From Vulcanimicrobiota bacterium (GTDB lineage: Bacteria > Vulcanimicrobiota > Vulcanimicrobiia > Vulcanimicrobiales > Vulcanimicrobiaceae): a DNA stretch of 64,000 nucleotides. Shown here piece after piece: positions 56,458-64,000 of the stretch (positions are counted from its first letter, which is position 1; each line of letters opens with the position of its first letter). Location of the stretch: the NCBI GenBank assembly GCA_963812155.1, contig CAWETW010000003.1, positions 832,001-896,000 on the forward strand, in the 5' to 3' direction. Position numbers and translations under genes: made by a program. The notes beneath the pieces are model-generated. The model did not search any database, was not told where the DNA came from, and was given only the letters and a program-made list of their open reading frames with translations.

Positions 56458-58350
56458 GGGCCCGATTCACGCGGCTTTAACGCCGTAACGTTGTAGATCG
56501 CGATCGGCAGGCTTTTGCCCTTGACCACCACCGGTTCGAGCTCTTCGACCTCGACCGCGTCGCGACACTCGGCGTAGGTGCTCTCGCTGATGACGATCTC
56601 ACCGGCCTTGGCCACGTTGTAGAGGCGCGCGGCGACGTTGACGTTATCGCCGATCACGGTGTAGTTCATGCGCGAACTCGCGCCGAGATTGCCCATGACG
56701 ACGTCGCCGGTGTTGATGCCCATGCCGACGGTGAACTCGCGCTTCCCTTCGCTGCGCCAGCGCGCACACAACTGCGCGATTCTCGCCTGCTGCTCGACCG
56801 CGGCGATGACGGCGTTGCGCGCGTCGTCCGGCGTCTGGTACGGCGCCGAGAACACCGCCATGACGCAGTCGCCGATGAACTTGTCGACGTAGCCGCCGTG
56901 TTCGAAGACGATCGCGCACATCTCTTCGAAGTACTCGTTGAGCTGCTCGTAGATCTCTTCGGGGGTCATCGTCTCGCACATCGCGGTAAACCCGCGAATG
57001 TCGCTGTAGAAGATCGTCGCTTTCACGCGCTTGCCGTGGAGCGCGAGCGCTTCGCGGGGATCGTCCTGTTTCAGAATTTCGGTGACGATCGCTGGGCTGA
57101 CGTGCATGCCGAAAAGGTTCGTCACCATGCGCCGCGCGGAGCCTTCGCCGACCAGACGATACGCTGCGACGAAGGTCGTCGCCAGCAGCATCGCGAGCTC
57201 GACGTGAATCAGATCGAGCCAATAGAGATTGACGACGAAAATCCTGAGATCGACGTACGCATAGACGCAGGGCGGCGCCAACCGAAAGTGCGATCGCGGG
57301 CGTCGTGCGCATGAGCGTGAAGAGCAGTGCGACCAGCAGCGGCAGCAGGAGCGCGAGCGTCAGGTTGAGCGCAGCCGGAGCCGGCCGCACGTAGCAAACC
57401 GCGCATCAACTGATCGGCGAACCGTGCGTTGACGAAAAGTCCCGGAATGCGCCCGCGTCCCGCCGTGGTCGCAAAGTCGCCGAGACCTTGCGCGGTCGCG
57501 CCGACGAAGATCAGCGCGCCGTCGGCAAAGGGCCGCAGATCCGCCGGCGATTCGGCGAACGCGTCGCCGAGCGCAATCGGTGCCGCGTCCTGCGAACGTT
57601 TGCGTAAGCACTTGCGTCGCCGGTGTCGAGATCTTGGTGCGCGGCAATCTGGGGCGGCAGCAGAAGCATGCGGCCCGCATCGTCGGTTGGAATCGTTGCG
57701 GCGTCGAGCGGACGCCCTTCGAGGGTCGCCACGCCGGCGGCGGCAAGCGAGTAAAGGCGTTCGTTGGCGTGCGTGCCGCCGGCCGACGTGTCGATTTCCA
57801 TCGGCTGGCCGATGAGATAGCCGCCGGGCGTGTCGATGGCGTTGAAACCGATCGACGCCGCAGCGCTTTGCAAGCTCGGGGATCGGGCGTTGTTCGCCGA
57901 TTTGGCCGGCGGTCGTCGTGTTAAGCGGATAGGCGAGGACCGACGGCATCTGCCGCAATGCGGCTGCGAACGCGCGATCTTGTGCGGGATCGTTTACTCG
58001 GTTCGAGAAATTCGATGTCGAAGACGACGGCTTTCGCGCCGGCGGCTTTGAGATGGTTGAGCAGCGTCGCGTAGACGCGCGCGGGAATCGGAAATCCGGT
58101 TTTGCGCAGCGTCGCATCGTCGATCGTAACGATGCCGAGGCTGAGGATTCGGTTCGGCGTCGTATCGCGGACGGCCGAATCCGAGCTGAGGCCCGCATCG
58201 ATCGCCGCGACGTGCAATCGCAAGATCGGCGATGCGGTTGACGAACGGCAGAATCGTCAGCGGAAGCGCGATGAGAATCGCGGCCGCCGATTGCGCCGCG
58301 GCAGCGCCCAGCAGCAGGGCGATGATCAGCACCCGCCGACGCGCCGGCAT
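56455..58350 (-). CDS. CHASE2-domain class III adenylate/guanylate cyclase (several frameshifts)
   Basis: IVTIDD and AKAVVFDI (CHASE2); YSDIRGFT, DKFIGDCVM, YTVIGDNVNVAARL and VKGK. Confidence 0.85.
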
Positions 58351-58363
58351 CGCCGGGAGTCCC

Positions 58364-58924
58364 TTAGCCCGAGCGGCCGATGTAACGGCGGTCGCGCGTG
58401 TCGATGCGGATGACGTTTCCGGATTCGACGAAGAGCGGCACTTGCACCGTCGCGCCGGTTTCGAGCTTCGCCGGTTTGGTCGTGTTGGTCGCCGTGTCGC
58501 CTTTGAAGCCGGGATCGGTTTCGACGATCTTCAACTCGACGTGCGCCGGCAGATCGACGCCGATCGGCGGACCGTCGTGGAACTGCACGTCGACGACCAT
58601 GCCGTCTTTGAGGAAGTCGGCCGGGTCGCCGATGAGGTCGCGCTGGAGGGTGACGTTCTCGAACGTCTCTTGATCCATGAAGTGGAAGCCGTCGGCGTCG
58701 TTGTAGAGCATCTGCATCTGGCGGTTGTCGACGGTCGCGCGCTCGAGCTTTTCGCCGGCGCGAAACGTACGTTCGAGCGTCGTGCCGGTCTTGACGTTCT
58801 TCAGGCGCGTGCGCACGAACGCCGAACCCTTGCCGGGCTTGACGTGGAGGAACTCGATGACGGTCCAGAGGTGGCCGTCCACGACGATGGTGACGCCGTT
58901 ACGGAGGTCGTTCGACGAAATCAT
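58364..58924 (-). CDS. efp: Elongation factor P
   Basis: HVKPGKGSAFVR and KGDT..KPA.LETG motifs. Confidence 0.97.
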   Translation of the reverse strand: MISSNDLRNGVTIVVDGHLWTVIEFLHVKPGKGSAFVRTRLKNVKTGTTLERTFRAGEKLERATVDNRQMQMLYNDADGFHFMDQETFENVTLQRDLIGDPADFLKDGMVVDVQFHDGPPIGVDLPAHVELKIVETDPGFKGDTATNTTKPAKLETGATVQVPLFVESGNVIRIDTRDRRYIGRSG

Positions 58925-58959
58925 GACCCGGCGCCATACGGGCTCGGCGGGCGGAAGCC

Positions 58960-59566
58960 CTATCGGCGCTTGAAGAAGCGGATCGGGTTTTCGGTGCCGG
59001 CGCGCAGGCGCGCGATGTTCTCACGATGCATGTAAGCGATAAACAGCGCGGCGAGCGCAGCGTAGACTCGTTTCCGCGGCGCGAGCCGGTAAAGAACCAC
59101 AGCGCGACGGCCGCGAGCGACGCTGCCGAGCATCGACCCGACCGAGGAATACTGCGTGAGCAACGCGCCGGCGATCCAGCCGCCGACCGCGACCAAGCCG
59201 GCCGCCCAACTCATCGCGAAGATCGCACCGAACGACGTCGCGACGCCTTTGCCGCCGCGCCAGCGCAGCCACGGCGAGAAACAGTGTCCGAGCACGGCCG
59301 CAGCGGCGACGACCGCCTCGGCAACGCCCGAACCGTGGAAGTAGCAGCGATGCAACGAACACCGGAGCGAAACCCTTGAGCGCGTCGAGCAGCAGCACCG
59401 CCGCGCCGCCGGCCTTGCCCAGCGTGCGCAGCGCGTTCATCGCACCGATGTTGCCCGAACCCTCGGCGCGGATGTCGGTGCGGTAGAATCCGCGCCCGAT
59501 CAGATAGCCGAACGGAATCGATCCGACGACGAACGCGACGAGTACCGCGACGACGATGCCGGTCAC
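58960..59566 (-). CDS. plsY: Glycerol-3-phosphate acyltransferase (frameshifted)
   Basis: GSIPFG, GSGNIGAMN, GGKGVAT and HRENIARL across frames. Confidence 0.9.
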
Positions 59567-60910
59567 GTTTCGGCGGTTTCGCGCCGCGGCCGAAACTCGA
59601 GCGTCAGCGGAACGCCTTCGAAATCGAAGTGCTGCCGAATGACGTTTTCGAGAAAGCGGCGGTAGTGCGACTGCAGCAGATCCGGGTCGTTGCAGGGGAA
59701 GACGAAAAGCGGCGGATGCGTGGCGGGCTGCGCCACGTAGTAGACCTTGAAGAGCCTTCCGCCGGCGGCGGGCGCGGGATGCGCCAGCACCGCGTCGCGC
59801 AGGGCGGCGTTGAGCGGCGCCGTCGGAATGCGCCGGTCGAGATTGTCGGCGACGCGGTCGACCAGCGGCATCAAACTGCCCAAGCGGCGCTGCGTCTTCG
59901 CCGAAAGGAACGTCATCGGCGCGAAGCGCGCGAACGGCATGAGGTCGCGAATGACGTTCGCGAGTTCGCCTTGACTGAATTCGCCCTGCTCGCGCACGAG
60001 GTCCCACTTGTTGCCGACGATGATCAAGCCTTTGCGTTCTTCGATCGCGATGCCGGCGAGGCGCCGGTCCTGCGTCGTCACGCCCATCATCGAGTCGAAG
60101 ACCAGCAGCGCGATGTCGCAGCGCGCGATCGCTTTGAGCGAGCGTAGCGCTGCATAGTATTCGATCGCGCCGTGCGCTTCGGGCTTCTTGTGCACGCCGG
60201 CGGTGTCGATCAGACGCAGCGTGCTGTTCCCGCGCACGAGCAGCGTGTCGATCGCGTCGCGCGTCGTGCCCGGAACTTCCGAAACGATCGCGCGTTCTTC
60301 GCCGAGCAGCGCGTTGAGCAGCGAACTCTTGCCGACGTTCGGACGGCCGATGATCGCAAGCGCGAGTTCGCCTTCCATCGGGCGCATCCGGTGCGGACGG
60401 GGGCAGCAGCTCGACGACCCGATCGAGCAGGTCGCCGGTGCCCTCGCCGTGGATCGCCGAGACCGCGATCGGTTCGCCGAAGCCGAGTCGGGCAAACTCG
60501 GCGTGAACGGCCGACGCCGCGGACGGCGATTCGGCTTTGTTGGCGACGAGCACCATCGGGCCTGCGTTTGCGCCGCAGAATGGCGCCGACGTCTTCGTCG
60601 AGCGGATGCAATCCGGTCTGCGCGTCGACGACGAAGAGCACGACGTCGGCCTCGGCGCGGCCGCCTCGGCCTGGCGCCGCGTCGTCTCGGCAAAGCCGGT
60701 GTCCGAACCGGCGGCATCGGGGTCGATGCCGGCCGTGTCGACGATGCTGAAAATGCGCCCGCGCCACTCGCAGAGCGCATAGAGCCGGTCGCGGGTGACG
60801 CCCGGCGTGTCCTCGACGATGGCCAGCCGCCGGCCGATCAACCGGTTGAAGAGCGCGCTCTTGCCGACGTTAGGGCGGCCGACGACCGCGACGGTCGCCG
60901 GGCGCAGCAT
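59563..60910 (-). CDS. der: Ribosome biogenesis GTPase Der/EngA (frameshifted)
   Basis: Two GRPNVGKS motifs, PGVTRD/GTTRD, C-terminal FEGVP. Confidence 0.93.
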
Positions 60911-61023
60911 TCCTTCGCCGCCGGTGGAGTGCTCGATCGTTTGCACGACCGCCTCTGTTCGAACTCGGCGGTCGCGGCACCCGGCCGGAGGCGGCGGCAC
61001 GCTCCGAGAAGTCCCGCCCCCGC

Positions 61024-62424
61024 ATGCCCCGCATCTACATCGAAACCTTCGGCTGCCAAATGAACGAGGCCGACTCGCAGTACGTCGCCGACCGGGCGAC
61101 TGCCGCAGGCTACGGCATCGCGGTGAAAGCCGAAGAAGCCAACGTCGTCATCATCAACACGTGCACGGTCCGCGACAACGCCGAGCGCCGCGCGTACGGC
61201 CGGATGAATCACTTCAAGGCGCTCAAAGACGCCGTGCCGGCGACGCGTTTAGTCGTCATGGGTTGCCTCGCCGAGCAAGACCGCACGCGCATGCGTACGC
61301 TTGCGCCGCACGTCGACGCCGTTTTCGGAACGCGCGAACTCGCCCAACTCGGCGACCAGCTTAGCGCGTGGCAGCCCGATTTCGCCGGCCGCGTCGATTT
61401 TGCGGACGACCGCGCGCTGCTCGAGCCCTTCGGAGGGACGGCCGACGGCGTCGTCGACGCCTTTTCTCCGCTACGCGCCTTCGTCAACGTGCAGCGCGGC
61501 TGCTCGTATTACTGCACGTTCTGCATCGTCCCGCAGGTGCGCGGCCGGTTCGACCACCGTCCGCTCGAAGCCATCGTCCGGGACGTCGCAGCAAAGGTTG
61601 CCGCCGGCGCGCGCGAGGTGATGCTCGTCGGGCAAACCGTGAACGCGTGGAAGGATCCGGCTTCCGGCGAAGACTTCGGCGATCTCTGCCGCGCGGTCGG
61701 ACGCCTGCCCGGTTTGGAGCGGCTGAGCTTCATCTCGCCGCATCCCAAAGACTTCAGCGAGAAGACGATCGCCGATCTGGCGGCGGTGCCGCAGCTGAAC
61801 CCGCGCCTGCACATGCCGATGCAGTCGGCCAGCGACGCGGTGCTGCGCCGCATGAATCGCAAGTATACCGCCGCGCTGTTCCACGAAAAGGTCGAACTCG
61901 TGCGCCGCTACCTGCCGGGATGGGCGATCACGACCGATCTCATCGTGGGCTTCCCGGGCGAGAGCGACGACGATTTCGAGCACACGCTCGCGTACGTGCG
62001 AAGCGGCGTTTTCGCCAACGCCTTCACGTTCATGTATTCGATTCGCCGCGGCACGCCGGCAGCGCACTGGGAACAGGTGCCGCGCGAGATTGCGGCGGCG
62101 CGCTTCGCGCGGCTGCTCGACGCGCAGAACGCGATCACGCGCGCGTATCACGACGGAAAGATCGGTTCCGTCGTGCGCGCGCTGGTAACCGGACCGTCGA
62201 AGAAAGACGAGAGCAGGCTCGCCGCCAAGACGCTCGACAACGTGACGATCATCGCGCCGATGCCGGAGGACTACGACGAAACGCTGTACGCAAACGAACC
62301 CTGGATCGACGTTGCCGTCGAAACCGCACACGTATGGGGCTGCACCGGAACGATCGAGCGGCGCGCGGCACGCTATGCCGGCTCCGGCACCGCGGTCGAG
62401 CGGCGTTCGGTGAGCCTCCTTTGA
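61024..62424 (+). CDS. miaB: tRNA methylthiotransferase MiaB
   Basis: TFGCQMN, NTCTVR, CSYYCTFC and IVGFPGE motifs. Confidence 0.9.
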   Translation: MPRIYIETFGCQMNEADSQYVADRATAAGYGIAVKAEEANVVIINTCTVRDNAERRAYGRMNHFKALKDAVPATRLVVMGCLAEQDRTRMRTLAPHVDAVFGTRELAQLGDQLSAWQPDFAGRVDFADDRALLEPFGGTADGVVDAFSPLRAFVNVQRGCSYYCTFCIVPQVRGRFDHRPLEAIVRDVAAKVAAGAREVMLVGQTVNAWKDPASGEDFGDLCRAVGRLPGLERLSFISPHPKDFSEKTIADLAAVPQLNPRLHMPMQSASDAVLRRMNRKYTAALFHEKVELVRRYLPGWAITTDLIVGFPGESDDDFEHTLAYVRSGVFANAFTFMYSIRRGTPAAHWEQVPREIAAARFARLLDAQNAITRAYHDGKIGSVVRALVTGPSKKDESRLAAKTLDNVTIIAPMPEDYDETLYANEPWIDVAVETAHVWGCTGTIERRAARYAGSGTAVERRSVSLL

Positions 62425-62445
62425 TACGGGCGTCTCGGCGCTGAT

Positions 62446-63432
62446 GTGGCCGCCGCGCTGCTCGGATCGTTGACGGCCTGCGGCGGCTCGCAGGCCGTGC
62501 CGGTGCAGACGGCGCCGTTTGCCGGGACGCGGCCGCACTCCGCAACGCCGCAGTTCGTCGGATTCTGGGAATCGTGGTCGGATACAAACCGTCGAGACGC
62601 GTACTCGCGGTTGGGGAGCGTTCCGGCGGGCGTTACGACGGTCGACGTCGCGTTCAGCATCGCCGACGGCAACCAAATCTCCGATCCGCAAAATACCTAC
62701 CCTCTCGCGCCGGGTGCGCGCAGGGTGCACGCGCGCGGCGGCAAGGTGCTGCTCTCGTTCGGCGGCGCGACCTCGACCTTCGACATCACCGACCCTCAGG
62801 CGTTCGTGACGAATCTCAAAGAGTATCTGCAGAAGCATCCGGGAGTCTACGACGGCTTCGATTTCGACGACGAGGTCATGCAAACGCGCAGCAACGGACG
62901 GCGCCAACTCATCAACGTGCTGAAGGCGACGCGCGCGGCGTTCCCGTCCGCGGTCATTAGTTTCGACGCCGATTCGGCGGGCGCCGATCCGCACGTCGAC
63001 CTTCCGAACTACGCCGGCGAAGACCGGCTAATTCTCAAAGATGCCGGCAGCGCAATCGACTACGTCAACGTGATGGACTACGATCAGTACGGATGGAAGC
63101 CGTCGACGCATCCCGCCTGCACGTACCGGCCGGGCGCGCACGACGACTGCTACCTCGATATCGTGGAAGAGTTTGCAAACGTCCCGACCGGCGGAGGGAA
63201 GAAGTTTCCGGCGAGCAAGGTCGTGATGGGCCTGATGATCGGTAAGGCCGACGACGGTGCGTTTCTCACCCCGCAAAACTGCGCGGATTACGGCACGTGG
63301 GTGAGATCCAACGGTTTCGCCGGCGTCATGATCTGGGACGTCGACCTCGACAATCCACAAGCGCCGCCGAACGGCACCGGCTACGCGAAAGGCACCTACG
63401 TCAAGGCTATTGCCAACGCGCTCGGAACCTAA
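62446..63432 (+). CDS. Glycoside hydrolase family 18 lipoprotein
   Basis: Lipobox LTAC; LSFGG, DGFDFDDE, VMDYD and GVMIW motifs. Confidence 0.88.
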   Translation: MAAALLGSLTACGGSQAVPVQTAPFAGTRPHSATPQFVGFWESWSDTNRRDAYSRLGSVPAGVTTVDVAFSIADGNQISDPQNTYPLAPGARRVHARGGKVLLSFGGATSTFDITDPQAFVTNLKEYLQKHPGVYDGFDFDDEVMQTRSNGRRQLINVLKATRAAFPSAVISFDADSAGADPHVDLPNYAGEDRLILKDAGSAIDYVNVMDYDQYGWKPSTHPACTYRPGAHDDCYLDIVEEFANVPTGGGKKFPASKVVMGLMIGKADDGAFLTPQNCADYGTWVRSNGFAGVMIWDVDLDNPQAPPNGTGYAKGTYVKAIANALGT

Positions 63433-63452
63433 GACCTCGTGAGTCCAGCGCT

Positions 63453-64000
63453 TTGACGAGCGGCGTGAAGTATTCGCCGATGCTCGAGCAGTATTTCGGG
63501 ATGAAGCATAAGCACCCCGAGGCGATATTGCTCTCGCGCGTCGGCGATTTTTACGAGGCATACGGCGAAGATGCGGAGATCGTGGCGCGCGCGCTGCAGA
63601 TCGCCTTGACGAGCAAAGAGGCCGGCGGCGGACAACGCGTCGCGATGGCTGGAGTTCCGCATCACGCGCTCGCTCAGTACTTGGCGCGCTTGGTGGCGCA
63701 GCGTTTCATCGTCGCGCTCGCGGAGCAACTGGAGGTTCCGCAACCAAATAAACTCGTTCGGCGCGACGTCGTGCGCTTGGTGACGCCCGGGACTCTCATC
63801 GAAGAAAACATGCTCGAGGGTCGCGAGAACAACTACCTGGCGGCCGTTGCCGCCGTGGAAGGCACGCTGGCGCTCGCGCACGCCGACGTTTCAACCGGCT
63901 TCTGCGCTACGACGGCGCTTTCCGGAGAAAACGCCTACGAAGAACTGGTTGCGGAGTTGGGACGAATCGGGCCGGCGGAAATCGTTGCGGACGTCCCTGC
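63453..64000 (+). CDS. mutS: DNA mismatch repair protein MutS, 5' part
   Basis: Manual translation YSPMLEQYFGMKHKHPEAILLSRVGDFYE...MAGVP...VTPGTL. Confidence 0.93.
   Translation, partial: MTSGVKYSPMLEQYFGMKHKHPEAILLSRVGDFYEAYGEDAEIVARALQIALTSKEAGGGQRVAMAGVPHHALAQYLARLVAQRFIVALAEQLEVPQPNKLVRRDVVRLVTPGTLIEENMLEGRENNYLAAVAAVEGTLALAHADVSTGFCATTALSGENAYEELVAELGRIGPAEIVADVP

Noticed and set aside
55965..57281. Apparent adenylate cyclase-TauE fusion ORF
   Set aside because: The junction (RESGPCEAALLL) lies in an indel-dense region and resembles a corrupted stop/start overlap; not supportable without reads

Overview
64 kb of core-type chromosome from a high-GC, apparently diderm bacterium. It encodes TolC and an outer-membrane barrel. 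The lipoprotein beta-propellers and multiple family-5 SBPs resemble Ca. Eremiobacterota/Vulcanimicrobiota, but that placement is inference only. About 64 densely packed CDSs: EF-G2, a partial suf cluster with a divergent SufR-like regulator, actP, thpR, folD, tldD/tldE, MFP+TolC, an Ahb/Nir-like decarboxylase, three peptide SBPs, NDH-2, fumC, a CHASE2 cyclase, efp, plsY, der, miaB and the 5' end of mutS. I saw no rRNA, tRNA, CRISPR array, transposase or phage gene. Single-base indels cluster at 21.8-24.4 kb and 55.9-60.7 kb and break essential genes, so they are probably consensus errors. Best leads: (1) an ECF sigma factor coupled to a zinc anti-sigma domain fused to an O6-alkylguanine alkyltransferase, followed by a PHP hydrolase with a histone-like tail; (2) a secreted VanX/DdpX homologue missing all its catalytic residues, beside tandem M55 D-aminopeptidases; (3) a stalk plus beta-barrel protein that may tether the outer membrane, preceded by a long structured RNA element. 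Family assignments come from motif recognition, not database searches, and start codons are estimates.
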